Positions 1 to 11,467 of a stretch of DNA of 64,000 bases are shown one piece after another. The stretch's first letter is position 1, and every line of letters starts with the position of its first letter. The translations under genes were made by a program, and so were the position numbers. The notes under the pieces are model-generated. The model did not search any database, was not told where the DNA came from, and was given only the letters and a program-made list of their open reading frames with translations. Source of the stretch: Squalus acanthias. Lineage: Eukaryota. The DNA lies in assembly GCA_030390025.1 (NCBI GenBank), contig CM059431.1, positions 157,668,001 through 157,732,000 on the forward strand, written 5' to 3'.

Positions 1-3000
1 TCTACTGCCCTTTTTAAATAACGGTGTTACATTAGCAGTTTTCCAGTCTGCCGGGATCTTTGCTGAGTCCAGGGAGTTTTGGAAAATTATTACCAATGCA
101 TCCACAATCCCTACCGCCACTTCCCTCAAGACCCTAGGATGTAAGCCATCAGGTCCAGGTGATTTATCCGCCTTGAGTCCCATTATTTTACCGAGTACCA
201 CTTCCTTAGTGATTTTGATCGTGTTTAGCTCCTCCCCACCTATAGCCCCCTGTTTGTCCAGTGTTGGGATATTCTTAGTGTCCTCTACTGTAAAGACTGA
301 TACAAAACATTCAGTGTATTTGCCATCTCCATATTTCCCACCATTAATTTCCCGGTCTCATCCTCTAAGGGACCAACATTTACTTTAGCCACCCTTTTTC
401 TTTTTATATAACTATAAAAACTCTTGCTATCTGTTTTTATATTTTTTGCTAATTTACTTTTATAATCTATCTTCCCTTTCTTATTCAATCTTTGTTATTT
501 TTTGCTGTCTTTTAAAGTTTTCCCAATCCTCTATCCTCCCACTAGATTTGGCTACCTTATAAGCCCTTGTTTTTAGTCGAATATTAGCCTTAATTTCTTT
601 ACTTAGCCATGGATGACTGTCTTTTCTTTTACACCCTTTTCTTCTCAGTGGAATATATATTTTTTGGACGTTGTAAAATAACTCCTTAAATGTACACCAC
701 TGATCATGTATCGTCTTACCCTTTAATCTATTTTCCCAATCCACTCTACTCAATTCCGCTCGCATACCTTCATAGTCTCCTTTATTCAAGCTTAGCACAC
801 TTGTTTGAGATCCAACCTTCTCACCCTCTAATTGAATATGGAATTCAACCATGTTATGGTCACTCATTCCAAGGGGATCCTTTACTAGGACATTTTTAAT
901 TAATCCTGTCTCGTTACACAGGACCAGATCTAAGGTTGCTTGCCCCCTGGTCGGTTCAGTTGCATACTGCTCAAGAAACCAATCCCTAATACACTCAATT
1001 AACTCATCTTCAAGGCAGCCCTGCCCAATTTGATTTGTCCAATTAATAGGATAGTTAAAATCCCCCATAATTAAAGATGTTCCCTTATTACAAGCCTCAA
1101 CTATTTCCTGATTGATACTCCGTCCAACAGAGTTGCAACTGTTCGGAGGCCTATAGACTACGCCCACTAGTTGTTTTTCCCCCCTTATTATCCCTTATCT
1201 CCACCCAAACTGTTTCATTATCCTGATCTTTTGACCCAATATCATTTCTCTGTATTACAGTGATTCCTTCCTTCATTAACATAGCCACCCCACCTCCCCT
1301 TCCTTCCTGCCTGTCCTTCCTGATCGTTAAATAACCTGGTATGTTTAATTCCCAGGCATTGTCACCCTGCAGCCATGTTTCTGTAATGGCCACAAGATCA
1401 TAACCATATGTAGTTATTTGTGCCATTAACTCATCTATTTTGTTACGAATGCTACGTGCATTCAGATAGAGAACTTTCAAATATGTTTTGTGACACTTAG
1501 TTCCTGCTTTTAGTCTTTTTATTACTTTTTACTCCATACCTTCTGCCCCTTCCTGACAAACTCTGGTTTTTAATTTCCCCACTGCTACCTAAGTCTATGA
1601 CCTTCTCTGTTGTCATTTTTATTATTTGCTCTCTAGGAACCTCCCCCCCCACTAGTTAGTTTAAAGCCCTCTCTACAGCCCTAGTTATATGATCCGCCAG
1701 GACTCTAGTCCCAGCACTGGCCAAGTGAAGCCCGTCCCAACGGAACAGCTCCCTCCTGCCCCAGTACTGGTGCCAGTGTCCCAGGAAGCAAAACCCATTT
1801 CTCCCACACCAGTCTTTGAGCCACTCATTTAACTCTCTAATTTTATTTGTCCTAGCCAAATTCGCTAGTGGCTCAGGTAATAATCCAGAGATTAATACCC
1901 TTGAGGTTCTGTTTTTTTATTTGACCCCTAGCTGCTCATACTCCTTTAACAGAACCTGCTTCCTTCTCCTATCTACGTCGTTTGTACCAACATGGACCTC
2001 GACAACTGGATCCACCCCCTCCCACTGCAAGTTTCTTTCCAGCCCAGAGGAGATGTCCTTAACCCTGGCACCGGGCAGCCAACACAGCCTACGGGACTCT
2101 TGCTCTCGGCTGCAGAGAACTCTATCTATCCCCCTAATAATACTATCCCCAACCACTACAACATTTCTATTTACTCCCCCCTCTTGAATGGCACCCCGTT
2201 CCACGGTGCTGTGGACAGGTTGCTCATCCTCCCTGCAGTCCCTGCTCCCGTCCCCACAGGGAGTAAGACCCTCGAACCTGTTGGACAAGAGCAAGGGCTG
2301 CGGCTCCTCCAACACTACCTCCTGGATCCCCGTACCTGCCTCACTCGTAGTCACACCGTCCTGTCCCTGACCATGGGCTACATCTGAATTAATTAACTTC
2401 ATAGGTGTGACCACCTCCTGAAACACAAAGTCCAGGTACTTCTCCCCCACCCTGATGTGTCGCAGTGTCTGAGGCTCAGACTCCAGCTCATCAATACGGA
2501 GCTGGAGTTCCTGTAGCAGCAGACACTTGTCACAGATGTAATCACCGTGAGCCTCAATGGGGTCCACCGGCTCCCACATATCGCAACAGTAACACATCAC
2601 CTGCTCCATTCTATGTAATTAATTTAAAAAAATTATTGTTAGTTATGGACACTCTCTGCCCGATTATAGATGCTAGTATCCCCTCTAATTAATTGGATTT
2701 AAATTAAATCAATCCCTCTAAATTACACCAGTTAAATGGTTTACCAACAGTCACTCTGCACCAGAAAGGCCTTATTAACTATAACCCACAGAGTTTAAGT
2801 CTAAAAAGAGAGAAATGTTCACCAACCAATTACTTACCTGCTTTCTGGTGACGTCACACCTCGATTATTTTTACCTCTCTCCCTCCCTCCAAGTTCGGAG
2901 ACTGGTCCCGCCTTACCTGGTCTCTGGAGCCTTTTAAACCCTTTGCCGCCGCCTCGCCTCACACAGGTCCACCGCCGCACCAGGAACCTGACAAAGATGG

Positions 3001-3367
3001 AAAAAGGAAGGCACACCTCCCTCCCCTCACTCCCTCACTCACCAAACTCGCAGCTTAGCACTCTATTCCAAATCTGCACTCTCGTCTCCCTTATTTATAC
3101 TGCTGAGATTTAAATAAGTGAGCTCTCTGGCAGTTACAGAACCAGATTAGACCAGTTAATTAATTAATTACTATTACCTGCTCTCCAGCACAGAGCTTGC
3201 TTAGCCTTGCCCAAGCCTGGAAGAAACTTTAAACTTGAAACAGTAAATTTAAATGCTAACTGCAAGCACACAAGACTAGAATTTATAAAAATAAGTGATT
3301 AACCTTTAAGAGTTACTCCCTCACTCACCAAACTCGCAGCTTAGCACTCTATTCCAAATCTGCACTC
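1..3367 (-). mobile_element. CR1-clade LINE, 5' part (5'UTR, ORF1 Zn-finger/esterase, ORF2 APE endonuclease and start of RT); degraded, continues beyond window start
   Basis: ORF1 1917-2609 has CxxC..CxxC, GDSIIRG and HVGTND, with its C-terminus in 1656-1859. ORF2 pieces: 1151-1480 (YLNARSIRNK..ITETWL), 481-1167 (VYRPP, GDFN, SDHN), 285-488. Frameshifts separate the pieces. Confidence 0.95.
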
Positions 3368-3622
3368 CTACTCCTACTCTTCTTGTTGTTCTTCTTCTTC
3401 TCCTCCTACCTCCTCCAACTTTTCTTCTTCTTCTTTCTCCTTTTCTTCGTATTCTTCTCCTCCTCCTCCTCTTTTTGTCCTCCTCCTCCCCTTCTTCTTC
3501 TTCTTCTTCATCTCCTACCTTTCCAACTTTTCTTCTTCTTCTTCCTTTTCTTCATCTTCTTCTCCTCCTCCTTCTCAACATTCACCTCTTCTTCTTCTTC
3601 TTCTTCTTCTTCTTCTTCTTCC
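3368..3622. repeat. (TCT/TCC)n pyrimidine-rich simple repeat
   Basis: Runs of ttc/tcc triplets seen directly. Confidence 0.95.
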
Positions 3623-4535
3623 TGAATGTTGTCCAGGTCTTGCTGAGTGCGGGCATGGTTTGCTTCATTATCTGAGGAGTTGCGAATGGAGCTGAGCACT
3701 GCGTAATCTTCAGCAAACATCCCCATTTCTGACCTTATGTTGGAGGGAAGGACATTGATGAAGCAGCTGAAGATGGCTGGGCCTAGGACACTGCCCTGAG
3801 GAACACTTCCAGCGATTCCCTGTGGCTGAGATTATTGATCTCCAACAGCCACAAACAACTTCCTTTGTGCTAGGTACGACTCCAGCCAGTGGAGAGTTTA
3901 CCTCTGATTCATATTGACCTCCATTTTGCTAGACATCCTTGCTGCCACACTCGGTCAAATGCTGCATTGATGTCAAGGGCAGACACTCTCACCTCACCTC
4001 TGGAATTCAGTTCCTTTGTCTATGTTTGGACCAAGGCTGTACAAAGGTCTGGAGCCGATTGGTCCTGGCGGAACCCGAACTGGGCATTGTTGAGCTGTTT
4101 ATTAGTGAGTAAGTGCCACTTGATAGCACTGTTGATGAGACCTTCCATCACTTTGCTTATGATTGAGAGTAGACTGATAGGGCGGTAATTGGCCGGGATG
4201 AATTTGTCCTGCTTTTTTGGACAGGACATACCTGGGCAGATTTACACATTATCGGGTAGATGCCTGTATTGTAGCTGTACAAGAACAGCTTGGCTAGAGG
4301 CGCGGCTAATTCTGGAGCACCAGTCTTCAGCACGACAGCCGGAATGTTGTCGGGGCCCATAGACTTTGCTGTATCCAGTGCGCTCAGCCCTTCCATGAAA
4401 TCACTTGCAGTGAATTGAATTGGCTGAAGACTGGTTTCTGAGATGGATCATCCACTCGGCACTTCTGGCTGAAAATTGCAGCAAACACTTCAGCCTTGTC
4501 TTTTGCACTTGTCTGTTGGGCTCCAGCATCATTGA
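3623..4535 (-). mobile_element. Non-LTR retrotransposon RT fragment (CR1/L2 group, family distinct from the neighbouring CR1)
   Basis: KSMGPDNIPAVVLKT..PLAKLF (4157-4396), NYRPISLLSIISKVME..QFGFR (4020-4229), MFAED (3508-3726). Confidence 0.9.
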
Positions 4536-4549
4536 AACAAAGAGTGACC

Positions 4550-4694
4550 GACACTTGGAATTGACTCCAAGGTAGATCAGTGGAGTGCAATATCTGGAAT
4601 ATTGAATAAATGATTGATGCTGACACTTGGAGCGGACTCCCAGGCAGTCAGTGGAGGGGAAACTCTGGAAACATTGAAGAAATGATTGATGCTG
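4550..4694. repeat. Two-copy ~72-bp tandem duplication
   Basis: gacacttgga...aaatgattgatgctg starts at 4550 and again at 4622. Confidence 0.8.
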
Positions 4695-5794
4695 CGAGTG
4701 ACGTCAGGTTGGAATGAAGCCACAAGATCGCGATCACCTGCGAGGTCTGGAACTACGCCTGAATTTTCCTAACCTACTGCCGGCTCTCGGCCATGACAGG
4801 GATCGCCACTGGGCGGTGTGGGGTAAGGGTGGTGGTGGGGGGCGGTATTGGGGGCAGGTGGTGTTGGCCTGGGCCTTGTAAATGGGCGGACTGCAAAGCT
4901 CGGCCTTTTAATTGAATACCAGGTTACCAATAGTTAAACTCGAGAAACCAAAGAATTTTTAATAAATAGGGCGCAGACAGAGCAGGCGCACTGCAGTGGG
5001 TCATAATCCAGTCGTTCCCTTCCTGCCCTCTCAGAAGTACCAGTCTCCGGAATGATTAATACTGATCGGCTTATTAACAGCAAATAAACTGCGGGATAAT
5101 AATCCCCAATGGAAATCCTTAAAGCTGCAAAACTCCAGCTGTAAAGCGTCCGTTTTCCTTCCCTCGCGAGCCCAGTGTTTCTGCAGAGCCTGCGACAATA
5201 GTGAATTCTAAAAACTCCCCGAATTTGTTATAAACATCCCATCGACAACCACACTTAACAACTACAGTGATATACGCAGCAGGGCATACCGATTCTGTAT
5301 TCATTTCACACTCACTCACACTGCCTTTGACAACATTGTGAAACATGAGACACTTACATCTCATTAAACTGCCCCACATTGCTGCCCTCGATCACTGGAT
5401 CGACGCAGCCCTTCTCTGGATAAAATATTCGTCATTATTTTCCGACTTCTATTTGCTGGCTCCTATAAATATCTTTTGTTACCGTCGTCCCGCTAATCTG
5501 TGAAAAAATAACAAGACCCTCAGCATCAGTATTTTGGCCAATTCGCAAGGTGCCTCTTCCCATTCTTAAGATTTCCGTTGATCACCTCTCTTTAAGGTCT
5601 TTTCCCTGGCAGAGATTCCCGTCTCTGCTCCGCCCAGGTGGTGCTTCATTCGGACTGTACAGAGAGAGTCAGAGGGATCAACAGACAGGGTTTTTTTTTA
5701 CATCTTTGCTTTTGTTTCCTCCAGACTCGATTATTCCAATATTCACCTGGCCGTCCTCCCATCTTCCACCCTCTGTAAACTTCAGCTCTTACAA

Positions 5795-6280
5795 AACTCT
5801 GCTGCCCGTGTCCTAACTCACACCAGGTCCGGTTCAGCATCACCCCCCTGTGCTCGCTGGCCTACATTGGCTCCCTGTCCAGCAACAAATCTATTTACAT
5901 TTCTTGTGATGAATACATCCATGTATCACGTATCCCTATCTCTGTAACCTCCTCCAGCCCAAAAATCTTCACAGAACTCTACATTCCTCAGATTATGCCA
6001 ACTTGTGAACCCCGTCGTCCTTCGGTCCAACATTGGCGGCCGTGCCTTCAGCCTCTGGGCCCCAAGCTCTGACAAACCCTCCCTATAACTCTCCACTGCT
6101 TCACCTCTCCGCAATTAAGACGCGCCTTAAAACCTACCTCTTTGACCAAGCTTTTGGTCACTTGTCCTAACGTGTCCATATGTTGCTCGGTGTGAAATTG
6201 TGTCCGCTATCGCTCCTGTGAGGCGCCTTGGGAGGTTTCGCTAAGTTAAAGTCGATATAGCAATGCAAATTGTTGTTGAT
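5795..6280 (+). mobile_element. L2 LINE 3' end
   Basis: catcacccc..ctacattggctccc (LHWLP), aaaacctacctctttgacc (KTYLF) and tail ending ..aaattgttgttg; same family as 23400-23885. Confidence 0.85.
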
Positions 6281-7174
6281 TTTGTGAAGCAGAGCGATGG
6301 AGCGGTGGTGAGAGACAGATACAAAGAGAGAGAGAGAAATAGACAGAAATAGACTGAAATATGTAGAGAGAAGTTGGAGCAAAAGACTTCCCCTGTGTGC
6401 ATCAGAGAGACTCCAAATCTTTGAATTTAATCCATCTGCCCTGTGACACTTTAGGTCACTGGCTCCAGTGGAGAGGGATGTGGCTGGCCCAGCGAAAGTC
6501 TGTTGATGTGACTGACTCAGGAGATTCAATATCAAACTATCTTCCTTCGTAAAATAATCATAGATTGAATTCTGGGACCAGGAATCAAATTGGTCTACAT
6601 AGAGTCATAGATTCATAGAAACTATTCGGCCCATCGAGTCCATGCTGGCTCTCTGTACAGCAATCCAGTCAGTCCCATTCCCTCGCACTATCTCCGTAGC
6701 CCTGTAAGTTTATTTCGCTCAATTGCCTATCTAGTCTCCCCTTGAAAACATCGAGTGTGTCCGCTTCCACCACTTCTGTCAGCAGCGAGTTCCAGGTCCT
6801 CAGCACTCGCTGCGTAAAAATGTTTTTTATTACTCCCACCCGTATCTCTTGCACAAAACCTTAAAACTGTGTTCCCAAGCCCATGTACCATCATCTAGTG
6901 GGAACAGCCTTTCCCCGACTTGCCTATCCAAACCTGTCATAATCTTGTACACATTTACCAAATCACCCCTCAACCTTCTTTGCTCTAATGAAAACAAATC
7001 CAGCTTCTCCAACCTCTCCTTGTAGCTAAGATCCCCCATCCCTGAAACCATTCTGGTAAATCTCCTCTGCACCCTCTCAAGGGCCTTCACATCCTTCCTA
7101 AAGAATTGTCACCAGAACTGGACACAATACTCCAGTTGTGGCCTAACCAGCGCGTTATAAAGGTTCAGCATAAT

Positions 7175-7932
7175 GGCCCAAAAATTTGGCCTAATACGGG
7201 AGAGTACGCACTGTGTACTCACCCGTATTAGATCCCGAAGTGCCGGTTTCCTGCATGCACTGCGCATGCGCGGGAAACCGGCACTTCCGGTATGGCGAAG
7301 GGCGCGGTTACTAGGTGAACAGCGTGCGCGCTAGATGCTGTGCGCACGCAGCACACTTAGGTTTTTTTCAGGTTTCAACGCGAGGGTAAGTATGGAAGAT
7401 TATACACATGTAAAAAGGAGGCGTAAGACCCCTTTTGAACAAGGTAAGTAGTTAATTAAGTATAATTTTCTTTTTCAACAGTTTTATCTTTTTTAGAGAC
7501 TTTAAAGAAAGGTAAGTATATTTTTATAACTTTTAAACATTTTTTTAATTTTTTCAAAAATTTAAATTTTTGTTTAAAGTGGTTAATTTATTTAACTATA
7601 GTTATTTTATTAATGTAATGGTTTTTTTTAAATTTATTTGAGGTTTAGCTGTTCTTTTGGGGTCTCTTTCAATTCACAGATTTGACATGTCTCCTGTCAA
7701 ATCTATGAATGAAAGATAGTCTGCTGCCATTGGCTCTCCATGGCTCACGTGATCCCAGAGGTCGCATCGCACTAACTGCGCCCCTGGGACACACGCACAC
7801 TGCGCACCGGCACTAGGGAGCGGCCCAGGACCCGAAGTTCCTGTGGGCCCAAAACACAACGGCCGGCGCGGAGTGTGATATCGCGCGCGGTCCTTACCCC
7901 CGCGGCAAGCCTCCGAGTCAAATTTCTGGGCC
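7175..7932. mobile_element. Non-autonomous DNA transposon (MITE, PIF/Harbinger-like)
   Basis: TIRs ggcccaaaaatttggc / gtcaaatttctgggcc; 3-bp flanks aat/aac (CpG decay of AAC is plausible); it splits CR1 sequence cagcat-aac-gtctc. Superfamily is inferred. Confidence 0.8.
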
Positions 7933-8084
7933 AACGTCTCTAATTTTGTACTTAATACCTCTATTTATGTAGCCGACGATCCCATATGCTTTGCTAACCA
8001 CTCTCTCAATATATCCTGCTATCTTTAGGGACCTATGCATGTTAACTCACAGGACCCTCTGTCCCCTGTACTCTTTAAAACTGT

Positions 8085-10146
8085 GAGAATTCGCACAACA
8101 CCAGGTTATAGTCCAACAGCTTTATTTGAAATCACAAGCTTTCGGAGCGCTGCTCCTTCATCAGGTGAAGTGAAGAGATGCATATAGGCACAGCATATAT
8201 AGTCAGAGAACACTGCTAGATGATTACAGTTAATCTTTCTAACTGCCCTTTATCACACCTCGGCAGAGAGATAATCACGGCAATCAAAGGTGTGGATGGT
8301 GTCCAAACAGGTCAGTCAGGAAAACATTACATCAGAGACAATGAGGTGGGGTCACAAGGAATCGAATGTGGCAGATGCTGGGGTCTGTATGGAAAACAAA
8401 AAACGTTTTTTGCTGAAAATCACAGCAGGTCCGGCCGCATCTGTGTAGAGAGAACAAGCCAACGACGACTCGAGTCTGGATGACTCTACGTCAGGTGGGG
8501 TTACATGTAGCGTGACATGAACCCAAGATCCCGGTTGAGGCCGTCCTCATGGGTGAGAAACTTGGCTATCAGTTTCTGCTCGGCGATTTTGCGTTATCGT
8601 GTGTCTTGAAGGCCGCCTTGGAGAATGCTTACCCGAAGATCGGAGGCTGAATGTCCTTGACTGCTGAAGTGTTCCCCGACTGGGAGGGAACACTCCTGCC
8701 TGGCGATTGTTGTGCGGTGTCCGTTGATACGTTGTTGCAGTGTCTGCTTGGTCTCGCTGATGTACCATGCTCCGGGGCATCCTTTCCTGCAACGTATGAG
8801 GTAGACAACGTTGGCTGAGTCACATGAGTATGTACCATGTACCTGGTGGGTGGTGTCCTCAGGTCTGATGATGGTTTCTGTGTTGATGATCTGGCATGTC
8901 TTGCAGAGGTTGCCGTGGCAGGGTTGTGTGGTCTCGTGGTCGCTGTTCTCCTGAAAGCTGAGTAATTTGCTGCGAACGATGGTCTGTTTGAGGTTAGGCG
9001 GCTGTTTGAAGGCGATTACTGGAGGCGTGGGGATGGCCTTAGCGAGGTGTTCGTCGTCATCGATGACATGTTGAAGGCTGCAAAGAACATGGCATAGTTT
9101 CTCCGCTCCGGGGAAGTACTGGACGACATAGGGTACTCTGTTGGTTGTCTCCCATGTTTGTGTTCTTAGGAGGTCTATGCGATTTTTCTTTGTGGTCCGT
9201 CAGAACTGTCGTTCGACGAGTCGGGCATCATATCCCGTTCTTACGAGGGAGTCTTTCAGCGTCTGTAGGTGTCCATCGCTTTCCTCCTCGTCTGAGCATA
9301 TCCTGTGTATTCGCAGGGCTTTTCCATAGGGGATGGCTTCTTTAACGTGCTTAGGGTGGAATCTGGAGAAGTGGAGCATCGTTAGGTTGTCCGTGGGCTT
9401 GTGGTAGAGTGAAGTGCTGAGGTGTCCGTCTTTGATGGAGATTCGTGTGTCCAAGAATGAAACCGATTCTGAGGAGTAGTCCATGGTGAATTTGATGGTG
9501 GGGTGGAACTTGTTGATGTTATCGTGTAGTCTTTTCAGTGATTCTTCGCCATGGGTCCATAGGAAGAAAATATCGTCGATGGATCTGGTGTATAGCGTTG
9601 GTTGGAGGTCCTGTGCAGCGAAGAATTGTTGCTTGAACTTGTGCATGACGATGTTGGCGTATTGGGGTGCGAATTTGGTCCCCATGGCTGTTCCGTGTGT
9701 TTTTGTAAAAAACTGGTTGTCGAAGGTGAAGACATTGTGGTCAAGGATGAAGTGGATGAGTTGTAGGATGGCTTCTGGAGATTGGCTGTTGTTGGTGTTG
9801 AGTACTGAGGCTGTCGCAGCGATGCCGTCATCGTGGGGGATACTGGTGTAGAGTGCTGATACGTCCTTCGTGGCGAGAAGTGTTCCTGGTTCAACTGGTC
9901 CGTGGGTGCTGAGTTTCTGTAAGAAGTCTGTAGTGTCGCGACAGAAGCTGGGGGTTCCCTGTACGTTGGGTTTCAGGATGCCCTCGATGTAACCAGAGAG
10001 GTTCTCGCACAGGGTTCCGTTGCCTGATACGATAGGACGTTCGGGTGTGTTGGCTTTGTGTATGTTTGGGAGGCAGTAGAAGTATCCCACGCGGGGAGTA
10101 CGTGGGATGGGAGCGCGTAGAATACTTTGAAGGTCTGAATCGAAGG
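8085..10146 (-). mobile_element. Penelope-like element family A (Poseidon-type), 5'-truncated; RT plus degraded GIY-YIG plus pLTR
   Basis: RT motifs FYCLPNIHK, RPIVSG, DVSALYTSIP, GTAMGT, SIDDIF, FLDT in 9200-10146; 13-bp TSD tctttaaaactgt at 8072-8084 and 10147-10159. Confidence 0.95.
8128..8172 (-). ncRNA. Minimal type I hammerhead ribozyme in PLE pLTR
   Basis: Reverse strand reads tcac-CTGATGA-aggagcagcgctcc-GAAA-gctt-gtga: conserved core, stem I tcac/gtga, stem II ggagc/gctcc. Confidence 0.85.
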
Positions 10147-10378
10147 TCTTTAAAACTGTCCCATTAAGTGTATATTGCCTCTCCCTGTTCCTTCTGCCAA
10201 AATGCATCACCTTACACTTCTCTGTATTAAATTCCATCTTCCACTTGTCTGCCCATTCTGCTAGCCTTTCAAAGTCCTTTTGCAATCGATAGGTATCATT
10301 CTCACTATTTGCCACTGCACCAAGTTTGGTGTCATCGGCAAATTTAGAAATTCGACTCTGTATTCCGATATCCAGGTC

Positions 10379-10384
<6 letters not shown>

Positions 10385-10418
<34 letters not shown>
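10385..10418. repeat. (TA)n microsatellite
   Basis: Seen directly. Confidence 0.95.
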
Positions 10419-10424
<6 letters not shown>

Positions 10425-10499
10425 GTGGCCCCAGCGCTGAACCCTGGGGGAACACCCAAGGAGTGCGTGATGCTTACACATTTCAGGATTTCTGCCCTG

Positions 10500-11030
10500 T
10501 ATTCATACCATGCTTTACGTGAGATGCTGTGCTTCGTTCGGTAGTGTCAGAGGAGTTGTACGCTGCATTGGACACATGCTGTATCTGAGTTCACTGCACT
10601 TGATTAATGACTGTACGTTGAGATTTATATTGTACCTAACCCCTGTGTAAGTGGCCTGTGAGTTTTTGTTGGAACATGTTGAAGGAACTTTATTCTGTTT
10701 TTAACCCGTGTTGTACCTGCGCTGAGAATGGTGGATGGAACGGTGTCGAGGGAGCTTTATTCTGTATCTGACCCTTGCTGTCCCTTACCTGGGAGTGTTT
10801 GATGGTGCAGTGTAGAAAGAGCTTTACTCTGTATCTACCCTTACTGGACCTGACGTGTGAGTGTTTGATGGACAGTTTAACTATGCTTTACACTGTGTGC
10901 ATCGCATGCTGCACCTGACCTGGCAGTGTTTGATGGGACGGTGTTGAGGTAGATTTACTCTGCATTAATCACGTGCCGTAATTTAACTGCGAGTGTTTGA
11001 TTGGACAGTTTAGATGGAGATTTATCTAGT
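10500..11030 (+). repeat. Degenerate ~63-bp tandem repeat
   Basis: Unit resembles gtgctgtacctg..gggagtgtttgatgggacagtgtagagggagctttactctgtatctaacc, about 8 copies. Confidence 0.85.
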
Positions 11031-11467
11031 ATTGCCCAAGATTTCACCTCGATTATTGCTCCAATGGCCCAACCCATTGATAGCCCTGATGATCCCTCCA
11101 CATTGCCTCTGACGCCCCTTCCTGATACAGGGAATAGACTGGGTTTAGAACACAGTGCAGCTTGTTATATCTTCATCCAAGCACCATTACCTCAACCTGC
11201 CTTCCACTGCCAAAGCAAGAGCGAGACACACTGCCTGATATTATGCGAGGGAGAATTTGGGGGGTATAAATCCAAACGTGAACATTGAATAGTTGGTCTT
11301 CATATTTGGAGGGTGGGAGGGAAATGCTTAAGGGGCAACTTTGCGAGGCGGTGCTCCTTGGGAACGGGGTCGGAGACAGGATTGAATGTATAACATGTGT
11401 TTATTCTCAGTGAGACTGCACACCAGGAGCAGAGATTAGTCATGTGACCCTGTGACACCTCGACTTG

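Larger units (their letters stand above)
6598..10460 (-). mobile_element. CR1 3' portion, interrupted by a MITE (7175-7932), a Penelope-like element (8085-10146) and a (TA)n tract
   Basis: ALERVQRRFTRM..LFSLEQRRLRGDL (6830-7090), FADDTKL near 10320-10345, 3' stem-loop and tail at 6600-6650. CR1 sequence resumes across both insertions. Confidence 0.92.

Noticed and set aside
2830..2842. U1 snRNA gene (TACTTACCTG)
   Set aside because: The match covers only the U1 5' end, which is the complement of a 5' splice site; the rest of U1 is absent.
3383..3726. Poly-E/K and poly-F/S ORFs
   Set aside because: Translation of a simple repeat.
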